DNA of 64,000 nucleotides, from assembly GCF_018977255.1 (NCBI RefSeq), contig NW_024704742.1, positions 121,398,001 through 121,462,000 on the forward strand, given 5' to 3'. The notes under the pieces are model-generated. The model did no database searches and was not told where the DNA came from. It was given only the letters and a program-made list of their open reading frames with translations. Both the position numbers and the translations under genes were made by a program. This DNA comes from Callorhinchus milii (lineage: Eukaryota). Of the stretch, positions 1 through 11,739 are shown one piece after another (the stretch's first letter is position 1; each line of letters opens with the position of its first letter).

Positions 1-2490
1 GTATATTCCATAAAGTGCTTTGAGACATCTCGATGACGTGATAAGACGCTATATCAAATGCAAGGATTATTATTGTGTTATTGTAGTTAGATCACTCAGT
101 AGAGGTAGTTTCAAAGTGTTTTTCAGTCATGGCTCAGCCAGACCAATAACACTGCCATATTATATTTGAATGGATATTACTTTTCTTAGTATATTTTAAC
201 TTCCCAAAATAACTATTTTCTGTAGGAGGTGGACACTGTGAATACCAGGTATTTCATTAAGCCATTTCTGAATTGCCTTATTAACTGTCCCAGTTGCACC
301 AATGGTTATAGGAACTATGATTGCCTTATACTGCTACATGCACATGCATTCAATTTCTAGGTCAACGTCCTTCCAGATCTTCTCTAGTTCCTGATTTCAT
401 ACGTATGCACTTGTGAGTCGAAGATTATTGTGACGTTACCTTTTGATGACACTATTGCTGGTTGATGTCATTTGTCTTTACGTCAATATTATTAGTATAT
501 TAATAATTTACTTTATGGCTGTTTGTAGGACATGATTGTGTGCAAATTGGATACAAATACACATACTTCACAGTAAAATCGTGTGAAGCACTCTGACACC
601 GTTCAATGACATAAGGCTTATTTGTAACACAATTCCTCCCAAGTCAAATAGTCTGTCCAACCCTCCTCCCTCCAGACTCGCACATAAAAAATAACTTGGG
701 TAAAAGTACCAGTGGGAGTTCAGCCAGATTGACCTGCTATTACCTTCAGGTGCTGAAAGAACGACAGTCAGTAACGTATCAAGTGAAGCTATCATTTGAT
801 CCAAACTTACTTCTATAAGGTAAAAGATTTTAATATGAACATGAAAAAGGTCAGATCACAAGATCAAAAGGTTTGATATTCATCACACAGCATCACCACC
901 AAAAGCAGTTCACCTTCTGGGGGCTCAGGCAGCCCCCACAGCTCTATTTTTCACTGTTTTTCCCCCCACTCGTATCTATACCAAAGAACCTCAACTAACT
1001 AATTTCTAGAACAACTCATCTCAGTAGCTATTGTGAACAGTTTAGTGCGGTCATGCACCCTCATTCTGCTGCAGACTGAAAAGCACAGCGAGTTAAGGCA
1101 TTGCTGCAGTTTCAATGGTTAAGACGTCTTTTGACACATTAGCAAACTGAAGCAAAAATACAGACTGATTGAAAGCTTACATATGCAGTATTTAAAGAAA
1201 CACTGTATAGCAGAACATTGATTATCCATACCTTAAAATTGGTGGATAATTCCAAGTTGCACTGCAGTTCTCAATATCCAGTTATTCTTAATATAATCAT
1301 CAGCTCAAATTCCTGGATTTGGGCTCATTATTGCTAATTTAGGGAATGATTGCTGCAGTAATGTACAGTCATTTAGACTAAATTACTGACGCCTGAGTAA
1401 CACCCCCTTTGTGGGCGTTTTGCCCACCAAATACAGTCACTACTTTCCAATATATCATATGAAGCGCTTTGAGATGTCTCAGTGACGTGATAAGGCACTA
1501 AATCAAATGCAAGGATCATCATTACTATTATTATAATTGAGGTCCCAGGTAAAATTGAGATTCCAGGTACAAGAGAGAATCAGAGACATGTTATTGGCAC
1601 TGAAGATCATTTCCCACAGTGACAAGTTATTTAATGGTTAATAACACTAAAGTGTATGCAGTGAATATCTCATTATTCAGATATCATTGTGTGTGACATC
1701 CCCTGTTGTGTGAATGTCATACGAGGTACATCTACAGCCTACCACATTACAGTTAACGCCGTACACTATACAACGTCTAAAAAGGAAGAAGTATTCAGAA
1801 TTCTAGATTGGAGGCAAGCACGATGATAAGCTTTTATTTGGGGGATAAAACCTTACAATAGAAAACAAATCTATGTAATCAGTTGCAGGGTGTCCATTCA
1901 TTCAACTGTTCTTCTGAATGGAGCAAAGAGAACAAAGCTACTTGAAGCCATTTCCTCGTGCATAGATCTACTTTCATTTGCCATATACCATTCATATTAT
2001 AGAATCTCACAATTTCAGATTGGAGCCAAAGTCTGATGTGAATTAGCAATGAAAGATGGCTTTTGTAAATAGCCAGACTCGTAAATACACCAGGACAAGA
2101 GGCAAATTACCTGAATTTTCAGCACATTAATTCAGTAAATGAGCTTCCGCTTTATCTGATCAGCTGACTCTTGTGAGGGTTTAATATACTGACAGGCTCC
2201 ACTGCATACTTCCAATTAACGTCAGAGTCAGTCAAGCAATCCCCATGCATTTCTAATGGAAAAAAAGTTTCAGCTATTTCAAAGCCTGTCAAAGTCATTC
2301 ACCTTCAGTAAGATTCATGTGTTTACTGCACAGCATGTGGGTGTGAAGAATGAGACTGCTCTCTTCAGTTTGACACTTCAAATTTGGCCAAAGCAAATTC
2401 ATTCTATAACCACGGCGAACAAGGAAAATTTTTTATTTTAATTACATAAATTTCTTCAAAAAAGACTGAAAATGTATTTGTTTTCCTAAC

Positions 2491-2605
2491 CGGGACTAAA
2501 AGCGAGCCACTCAACACAGTCATCCACGGGACCAAAGAGACTGTCCTCAAATACAGGTATTGTGTTCTTGTCAAACCTCTTGCCTGGAATCCAATCAGCA
2601 TTCAT
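2491..2605 (-). CDS. ZSWIM6: Candidate alternative first coding exon (exon 1b) of ZSWIM6: MNADWIPGKRFDKNTIPVFEDSLFGPVDDCVEWLAFSP(G)
   Basis: ATG at 2605-2603 with G at -3. 38 codons + 1 nt end at CCC G|GTTAGG (GT at 2490-2489), the same phase-1 split Gly as exon 1. It is the first ATG downstream of a TATA/Inr pair, and the sequence is non-repetitive. Confidence 0.55.
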
Positions 2606-2725
2606 ATCTAATCTCTGCCTAATTCTGTTATTACACTTTTTGTTTAAAAAAAGGCAATAGTTAATTAGATGTGGACAATACTGAAGATTATGTACAATAA
2701 TATTCAAGAATCTGGTGAAATGAAC

Positions 2726-2823
2726 AACTGACTTAATTCTGTCCAATCGCTCTCATTTATAGCACTGCAAAAATTTAATTTTGCCCCCATCTGAGAGCTA
2801 TCATAGAAAACTCCTCCGCCCAC
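2726..2823 (-). promoter_or_regulatory. Candidate intronic core promoter: GC box, TATA box and initiator
   Basis: Minus strand: GTGGGCGGAGGAG (2823-2811), TATAAAT (2761-2755) and TCAGTT Inr with A at 2729. The TATA box starts 32 nt upstream of the putative +1. Confidence 0.5.
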
Positions 2824-3321
2824 AAGAACATCGCTCAATGTTTTTGCAGGGTAACAACATCTAGCCACTGTTGCCTATAGGCTTGGTTAGAGAAAGCTAG
2901 GCCAGAGCAGCATAACCTGTACCTTCAGAGGTTTACATAGCATTGGAAGAACAGACGATTAACAAGGCAACGCTAAAAACATTAAACTTAGACAGGCCTT
3001 GTTCTGAGAGTCCTGATCCAACCTCATTTCCTGGCAAGATACCTGTGCATTTATAAGGATTCAGCTACACAATTAAGTAATCAGGTTAAATCCCTTTGGA
3101 GAAAATGCAGCCTCTACCACATTTACATTTCTTCATTGCATGGAGGAGAAACTGAGGCCTTTTCAAGGATCTTTAAATTTGACCTTTTTTGGTGCAAGTT
3201 CATGGCTTGGAATCAGCAACAAAAAAATAACCTTGCATCATCATTGGCTCAACAACTGTCAGCCATGGACATGCTTCCAACCAAGGATTTCCTTCAGCTT
3301 CTAAAGCTATAATTTAATATA

Positions 3322-3476
3322 AACAACTGTTTGTGAGACACTGCTGTGCGTAATTGGCTGCCGTGTCTTGCCCACAAAATGTACATTCAATTCAGTTTAC
3401 AGTATATTCTGTGAAGCGCTTTGAGACGTCTAGAAGACATGAAAAGCGCTCTATAAATTGCAAGGATTATTATTAT
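3322..3476 (+). mobile_element. 3' half of the tRNA-derived SINE with (ATT)n tail
   Basis: CTGTTTGTG...GCTGTGCG.AATTGGCTGCCG...GTGAAGCGCTTTGAGACGTC...TGCAAGGATTATTATT matches the full copies at 58913 and 59678. Confidence 0.9.
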
Positions 3477-3479
3477 ACT

Positions 3480-4690
3480 TCACCTTCCTCTCCTGCCACT
3501 CCCTTTACGAACCCCTCCAATCGGGTTTCCGTGCTGCCGGCAGCAAGAAACAGCCCTGGTCAAGGTGACAAATGACATTCTGTCCATCTGAGACCAGGGC
3601 TCTCTCTGCCTTCTCGACCTCTCTGCTGCCTTTGACACTGTGGACCACTCTATCCTCCTCCACCTCCTCTCCTCTCACCTAAACCTTCAAGGTTCTGTCC
3701 TTGAATGGTTCAGATCCTATCTCACACCGACTCTACTTTGTCTCCACAAATGGTGACATCCTCCCTCTTGGTGACATCATCTACAGACATGGGGTCAACT
3801 TCCACATGTAGCAGATGACACCTAACTATCTCTCTGCCACCACCCTCGACCCCAGGACCACTGATGTCCTGACAGACTGCCTGTCAGACTTCAAGTCTAG
3901 GCCAAGGCTCTCCTGATTGGCTTGTGTCTGTGCACCTCAGGCACTGGCAGCATCAGTATCCTTAGATGCACACACCACCTCACCAAGCCAGTCAGGAACC
4001 TAGGCATCTTGTTCAACCCTCAACTATCCTTTCTCCGCTACATCCGTGGCAGGACAAGCTCTGCCTTCCCCCACCTCCTCAACATTGCCCGACTCCGCTA
4101 CTACCTCACCCTCAGGCCACCGAAACTCTCGTACATGTCTTCATTACAACCAGGTTCAAGTATGCCAACGCCCCGCTTGTCGGCCTTCCCAACTCTTCCC
4201 TCCACAAGCTGCATATCATCCAGAACTCTGCAGCTCATGTCCTCTCCCACATTGGGCTCCGTGACACCATCACACCCACCCTCGCCCGGCTCAACTGGCT
4301 CCCCATCCCTCAGAGGATCAAGTTGAAAATTCTCGTCCTACCTTCAAGTCCTCGCATGACGTTGCCCCCTCCTACCTGCTATCCCATTATCAACCTGTCC
4401 GCTTCCTCTGCTCAACAGGCTCCGGCCTACTCCATGTCCCCCATCCGGCCCACCTACACCATCGGTGGTCAAGCCTTCAGCCTCGCTGCCCCCACCCTCT
4501 GGAACTCCATCCCACATTCCCTTTGCCTCACTCCCTTCTTTGCTACCTTCAAAGCATGCCTCAAGACCCTCCTCTTTGACCGTGCCTTCAGCCACCATTC
4601 CACCCCGCACCCCCCCCCCGGGTCCTAATCCCTGACTGTTGGAACGTACTCCCAATGTGAAAGGCACTTTACAAATGTAGTTTTGTATTG
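3480..4690 (+). mobile_element. L2-clade LINE, 5'-truncated and degenerate (RT domain, C-terminus and 3' UTR)
   Basis: Encodes RT motifs QSGFR and [13 protein letters not shown], and L2 C-terminal motifs (ETLVHVFITTRF.YAN, IQNSAA..L, ITP.LARLNWLPI.QRI..KI, AP.LWNSIP, FK..LKT.LF). Frameshifted. Confidence 0.92.
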
Positions 4691-7600
4691 TATAAATTGG
4701 TTGTGGTCAAATGTTTCCAGGAAGAAAACAACAGCGAGGTCGGAATCCTATAAAATGGCAGAGAAATGTCACATCGATATTTTACTGCGCTTTTACGGCC
4801 TCTCAACTATCTCATGCATTAGTCAAATAGTCCCAAATTTGGCAACCAGGGTTTGAATTCAAAAATATTAGGTTTTACAAGGGCAGAAAAAATGACACAC
4901 AATCCCCTCTCCACTTTCCCTTTCATCTACAACACCATCGACAATCACCATGTGGTAAAATTCAAGTCCCTGATTTCTGAATTAGCACATTCTGAAATGA
5001 CAGGAAGTTTGAGGTCCTTTTCTTCAGGTGTGATTTCCCTCCATCCAGATGATCTGGCCCACAGAGTTCCAGTTAGAGCACTTTTTCAACAATGTGTGAT
5101 AACGTGAGGAGAAAAAGGACTGAAAGCATAATCAAAGAGGCAAGACAGATTTAAAGAGTGGCAAGAAGTTGGATGGACTCCGGGACAGAGTTCCAGAGAG
5201 TGGAAGAGGAATGGTTGAAACTGATGTTAGGGCAATTGGGTGGGATTGTATGATAGAAAGGGTTCCACAGAGTGAGCAGGGGACTCTTGCATTGTATTGT
5301 TTTAGGATAGAACTATGAAGCATAGCTTTTGGTTGATCAAGGTTACCCCCATCCCCCATTAAATGCAAATGATCAAGAGAGAAAACAAACATGGCCACCA
5401 CCACACATACTTCCTGTTTTAACCATGTTAACCTTCTTAACCCAAACCATGCTCAAAGCAAAATATACTTTCCTCCCCAAATACTTTCAGCGCTTTGACA
5501 TTTATTTTTGTAGACAAGTCAAGTCACTCTTGTTCTTCAACATAACCTTGTTGAGAAACCTGTAAAATTGTAATTCTTGTTGTGTACTAAGTATTTCAGT
5601 TAAAGAATAGTCTAGGTGTATGCCCAATAGATTCAAGTCACATACTTGTATAATTCATCTGAAATATATCACCTCATGAACAAAAGAGAGAATGGCCTCT
5701 TTCTGTGCTGCAAACACCAGGTTTCAGTGAAATTTGTAGTTCAGCATTTTAAAAAAAAACATGTCCAGGATTTTGTCCTTCCCAACTTTCCAAGAAAACT
5801 GGGAATAGAACCAACCAGGTACTTTGCCTGAGCCTCATCAAACCCTCCATTGCAGTTTTTAATAACAGACAAAAGAATCAGGGATGCAAGAATGAGTGGT
5901 TTAAAGGTGGTGGAAAGTAACGCAGAAAAGGATGAGGATGACAAGAGGCCAGCTAATGATGGTCATCCTCATTAGAGTCCCAGCAAAGGCTCCCAGTCAG
6001 CTGTGTGAAGTTCACTGAATCGTTCTCCAAACGTGAAAGCACTAAATAAATGTAAATTGTTGTTGTTCCTACTTGTGTCTAAGGGGACTATTTGGACACT
6101 CCCAGTGATATTTTGTCACTCACTGTGCAGTTAAGTTTAGTTCAAATGAACGAACATACTCACCCATACTATTCACCAAACTCATTCAGCAACTACAGAA
6201 TACATTAACTTGTTTATAATAGTTTTGGTCCTTTTAAATTACAGAGATCATAAGAATTAGCCCACCGGTTATGTATATGTTACAGACAATACATAACCTA
6301 AATGTGGGTGACCAAGCATTTCACAAAGAGCAATGAAATTACAGTAAAAGTCAGGAAAATTAATTGTTTAGAAAAAAAATTACTGCGTTGAAGACAGCCA
6401 TAAAAGGTTGCTGCATTCATATAAATGAGTCTACTTTTCAAATCAATGCTCCATTCAGCCCAATTCCACAATGATTCCATGGGACAGAATTCTTATTAAT
6501 GCTCTCACTCACCAATCAGATGGCAACTTGGCGAGATCGAGTTTTTATGCAAGCTGAACATACAAATTCTGAGTGGAACTGTGAACGTTTAAAAGGAGCT
6601 ATGCACACACAGGTATGTCTAATGAAGGTTTAATTTCATCTTTATTTCACACACTGTAAAGATCCTCATCTCAGCTAATGTATTTATCACAATAAAAAAC
6701 ATTACAAATTAAACACTGAGGAGGCTATAAGCAGAAGCTAATGAGGAGGTTGGGGGGGAGATGGGGGCAAGAGAGAAAAAAAAAAGGAGGAAATATATTC
6801 TTCCCCCAATTGAACGATTCATCCACGTGGCCACAAACAGCTAACACAGATGGTAATAGTGTAGTGCAGGCTTTGCAGGTCCCTGGACTGAACGGACAGA
6901 TTCAAGCCTTCCTGTAGCAAAATTCTCTCATAAAGTTATATCGCCCAGACCTCCCTAAAGAAACATTCCCATATAGTTTGGCTACCCCGTTATACTATTA
7001 CTGAAGCACCAGAGTAACCCAGATTTCTGTATGTTATGAATACATTAAAACAGATCACATAGTTTAGAAGTTACACAAAGTTAGGCCTTTCAAGTGGTAC
7101 CTCTCTTTAATAGGCCTTAGGCCAAAATTAAAGAAATCAGATGCAAATAAATTTGGAATTGGTGAGCTGGAATTTTAAGTGTTTTAATCTACCACAAACC
7201 TAAACCCTACAATGTGTTTTTCTGCTGAAAGAACATTCTCTATTGCTGACGGCAAGACATAATACTGTATTGCCTTGCACAATTCACAAACATTTAGTTT
7301 TGTCTGAAAAACAATCTTGCTCTTTTTTTTCCAAAAAAACTTCATATTGGTTGCCTTTAAGAATTTTAGGAGACTCAAAAGCATGAGGCAAGAGAAAGGA
7401 AAATTGCTCTATTCAACACCTTAGTTATATTTATTCAAAGGTAACAGTATTGTACAAATCCAATTTATATATCCTCGCTTCAATATATTACTCACATTTG
7501 AAAGTAAAATCAACTTTAAAAGTGCCAGTGGATACATTTAGTTTCATATTCATATGCTTTTCATGCAGAATTCAATAGCACATGGAAAGGACAGCACAGC

Positions 7601-7884
7601 AATGAATTAACAACTTATGCCTTTGCCATGAAAGAAATGTCAACAACAACTTGTATTTATATATCCCCTTAATGCAGGGTAGTGTTTTGGAGTCTAAGCA
7701 TTGAATGCAACAGATTAGAAGTGAAAATTATTATTTATACAGGTAAATGCAGCACTAATTTGCACCATTAAGATTCTGTGATCTGGATTTAAATCGACCT
7801 ACCAGTAATGGATGCAAATTGAATTGGTCAGTCTTCTCCCATTTCCCAACTGCTCTACCAGAAATTGCACAATTATTCACAATT

Positions 7885-8171
7885 CACCCATGAAATACAG
7901 AGTCAATTCACTTTACAGTACAATCTGTGAAACACTTTGAGACATATCAACGATGTAATAAAGTGCTATATCAAATGCAAGGATTATTATTATATAATTA
8001 TTGGTCATTCAATCCACAACTGTTTGTGGGATACTGCTTTGCGCAATTGGCTGCTGCATTTCGCCCACAAAATATACAGTCAATTCACTTCATACTATAT
8101 TCTGTCAAGTGCTTTGAGACGTCTTGAAGACGCGATAAGGCGCTGTATCAAATGCAAGGATTATTATTATA
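7885..8171 (+). mobile_element. Two tandem 3'-partial SINE copies
   Basis: Two consecutive TCAAATGCAAGGATTATTATT tails (~7990 and ~8165), each preceded by SINE body sequence. Confidence 0.88.
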
Positions 8172-8746
8172 ATTCAGTATGAAATACCAACCTCATTTCC
8201 ATATGATAACTGGAGTAGGATGTGAATACCAATCAACACTGGTGCAATAGGGGGTATTTTTCTGGTGATGTTAAGGTGTACTATAATAATCTTAGCAATT
8301 GATATAGCACCTTGTCACATCATTGAGACATCTTAGTGGTTCCCAGGAAGTACTGTAAAGTACCCGAAAGTTTTATTGGGGTAGAAAACAAAATGACAAA
8401 TCCGCATCCGCTCCCCACAACCCACCCACCCCATAAATGCAACAAAAAGGTAGAGCAATCTTGTTAAACAACAGCGTTATTTACCTTGGTTAAAAGAATA
8501 AAAGCCAGTGTTGCTGTCATTTGACTCAATCGTTAATTCAATGTATACACCAGCAAAATTTAAGACACTGCTGGATGAACTGGAGGCTGTTCATTTCTGA
8601 ACAGTTGGAAGTTTGCTCCTGGTTCAATAACATCACTGAGCAGACAATGTCCATTTCATCAGTTTTATTGCTCGGACATTTTGGGGGGGCGATAAGAGGG
8701 TTGTAGATTCAATATACCCCTAAATCAACATAACGGCTCCCAAGTC

Positions 8747-8836
8747 TGACCTTGATCCCTCCAATATGATTGGCTCGGAATTACAAGTGATTGGCTGTCA
8801 ATCACATCGGACGCTGAACCTGACCTTGGTTGACCT
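8747..8836. promoter_or_regulatory. Candidate intronic enhancer/promoter with nuclear-receptor, NF-Y and PBX-TALE motifs
   Basis: TGACCTTGA at 8747. CCAAT/ATTGG at 8761, 8769 and 8790. CTGTCAATCA (TGATTGACAG) at 8795-8804. TGAACC-TGACCT-tggt-TGACCT at 8815-8836. Confidence 0.5.
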
Positions 8837-10419
8837 CAGCCTGCAGAGGGGAAGCTTGAAGAGATAGAAATTGATTTTTCGGGAGCGTGCACTACACTAA
8901 AGCATATTAAAAAATGATAAAAGATGGTCTTTGTTCCTTGCGAAAATGAAGGTGAACTTTGTTTTTTGTTGAAATATTTGTCATTTTCAAAATTCACATC
9001 AAGTACACACAGACCTATTCAAAAGATTTGTACAAGTCTTGTGCCTGTCCTCTTACTGTAATACACTGAATTCAAAACAATGCCGTGCTCTACAGTTTCT
9101 TAACGTTAACATTAGTCTGTGTTGCCAATCCTTTAGTCTGCAAATATGAACCTGGATGGCAGTAATAGTTAAACAAATACAACAAAGACTCCATTGCACA
9201 TAACTAAGTTAGTACATCTACACTGAATTTGTACAAAATATGAAGGATAAAACCACAATCAGCTTCAAATATTTCAGAAGTTTGATTCAATCTGTCTGAA
9301 AGATAACGTGTACAATACTTCTGGCCCAAACAATAATATTTCACATGTATATGGCATCTTAGACATTGGGAGTTCTCGCAAACTGCTTCACACAACTGAA
9401 TGGGGATCTAAGTGAGCCGAGAGGTGGTGAAAGATAGCAAAAAGCACTGTCAAAGAGATGGGTGGATTTTGAAGGCAGAGAGGGAGGGAAAGAGATTGAA
9501 CCAAATGAATTTGCCACACTGTTCGGCCAACCTTGAAAAACAAATTTAACCCTTTTAATGAGCAATTCTCCTAGTGACAAACAAAAGTCTCCATTGCCAG
9601 ACCAGTTTTGATAGATCAGAAGTGGAGATGTATTGCAGACCAAGGTGGAGGACATTTGTCTTTCAGTCTCAATGCAGTCTGACACAAGAATAACGCAAAT
9701 TGTGTTTCACAACAGAAGTTTCAATGTTATCCAACATAAACTTTACACATCATTAAAGATTTACAAAATAGACAAAAATACATAGTAGAAAGAAGTAAAT
9801 ATATAGTGAGGCGGATTGAACCACGCAAGTTCATGCGTGATCGGGAATCTTTAATTACAGATGACCACAGCATTATTTCCTCGCTGTGCTTAAATGTAAT
9901 AAGATTAACTGACTTCTGGGAAGAGGGTTAATACAAGACTAACTTGAGACACTGGATTGTTTTCATTATGTTCTGCAATATTCTCGTGTTCCCCATCCCC
10001 TCAAAACAAGTCAGGGTGAAAAAGGGGTAGAATATTTATTTCACCCCCTTTCCCCCTCCCAAGTACAACAGATATAGCACTGACAAACTGGACAATTACA
10101 ATGTCTCTTCTTTTTTTCAAATAATCCTTGCATTCTGTATAGCGCCTTATCACATCTTCGATACTTCTCAAGGCACTTCACAGAATATACTGTAAAGTGA
10201 ATTGATGTAGTTGTGTCAGAAATATCACGATTCTAAAACACCTGCTCTTGTTATTTTTAAGCCAGTCTATTCCCTTCACTATTATTTATAGCATCTCCCT
10301 CATTTTTAACCTCCTACCAACCATTACATGAATGTGTTCACAAGTAGCAAGTACATCACTGCTTTGTTTAGGTTTACCAATGCTCCTTCGTTACGGTCAC
10401 TTGGAATTGGAAACGGGTG

Positions 10420-11370
10420 GCTTAATGAGCAAATGCACCGTGTGATGATACTGAACAACACAGAACAGGATGGTCTCGGGTTAAATCATTGGTTTCTAGG
10501 AATTAGCAGATCCCCAATCGGGCAGCAATTACAGCAAAAATGCTTACATTTTATATACTTCTTTTCACGTTGGGAGGATGTCTAAAAGAGCTTCACAGGA
10601 TAAAAGTGGATAACAGGGTAAATTGATCACAGCGTAGTCTCAAGCCACTGTGTATTTTGCAAGTGAGCACAGCAGACAATTTGCAGACAGCAATGTCCCA
10701 CAAACAGCCATGAAGTGAATGACCAATTTTATTCGGAGAATTGTCAGCCAGGACAACAGGAGAAACTCCCTTCTCTTTTTGAATAGTGCCTTGAGATCTC
10801 TAACATCCACATGAATAGGCAGAAAGGACATTGGTTAACGTCTCATTGGAAGAATGGCACCTCCAACAATGCAGCACACCCTCAGCACTGCATTGGAGTG
10901 CTGACCAAGACTATACAAGTTCAATGACCTGACATGGGGCTTGAACCCACAATGTTTAGACGCAAAGGCAAGAGTGCTACAAACGTAGCCAGGCTGACAC
11001 ACAATTCTGATATTGATATGACACAATTATGAACTGCATTAAAGCTCAGGAGCCTTGGATCAGGGAGGAGGGTGTGGATTGGAGAGGACAAGCAAAGTTG
11101 GAAAGCCAAACAAGATTCTAGTTTGCTATCTCTGGTGACCCCTGCTGGAAAGAGATTGTGTGAACGGTAGATAAACACAGCACAGGCTCAGCTGTGCTGC
11201 TCACTTCCCCCTAATCAAACATCCTGACGTAACTCACTGCCTGGAATCACACATGAATAATGGCCATTTGGGCAAAGCACTAGAGGCTGCCAGCATTCAC
11301 AGAACCATACCACAGCATGAGGCAGGGCCTTCAGGAGAGAAAAGGGACAGAAAATTAGAAGGGAAAAAAA
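10420..11370 (+). mobile_element. Old AmnSINE2-like SINE split by nested insertions (5' part ~10420-10525, 3' part ~11030-11370)
   Basis: Motifs GTGACCCCTGCTGGAAAG, CTCACTGCCTGGAATCACACATGAATAATGGCCATTTGGGC and GCCTTCAGGAGAG resemble the recalled AmnSINE2 consensus. Related copies occur elsewhere in the window. Confidence 0.6.
10625..11000 (-). mobile_element. DeuSINE-like (SacSINE1/LmeSINE-type) tRNA SINE
   Basis: Minus strand has a tRNA-like head (GTAGCACTCTTGCC...GGGTTCAAGCCCC) and the Deu-type core GGAGGTGCC...ATGAGACGTTAA...AGATC.CA.GGCACTATTCAAAAAGAG..GGGAGTTTCTCC. Confidence 0.8.
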
Positions 11371-11739
11371 GGTTCACACTTCACAAAAGTGAACCTAGAT
11401 AAAAGCTATTCAGCATCGCACATCAGTTGACAGCTTTGAAACAAACTCATGATTTAAAAGAAATGCAACTAGCATTTGTCCTGCCATCCAGTGAACTAAC
11501 CCTAGGAGGTTTCCCACTCTGAACTCAAGACGTGTTAACTTGCATTGTCCCAATCAGCCCTCAGTCAAAGTACACGAATATAGCAATGAAACTGCACCAG
11601 CATTGGTAGATATTGTGAACAAGTAAACCAGCGAAAGGAAATTACTTTTAAAAGTGGCTTGCTTGTGTCAGTTTGTGGACTGTGGCTACTGTGTATTGGC
11701 TGAGTACTGGGACCATACTGTGTATATTACCAGTATTAA

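Noticed and set aside
3966..4628. 220-aa ORF as a host gene
   Set aside because: It is the frameshifted C-terminus of L2 ORF2; homologous fragments recur across the window.
4833..4842. Isolated perfect CArG CCAAATTTGG
   Set aside because: A few single matches are expected by chance in 64 kb of AT-rich DNA.
8485..8590. Possible coding exon ending at the AAG|GTAAAT donor (8485, minus strand)
   Set aside because: The phase-1 frame has no ATG before a stop at 8593-8591, and the nearest ATG gives phase 0. A non-coding exon cannot be excluded.
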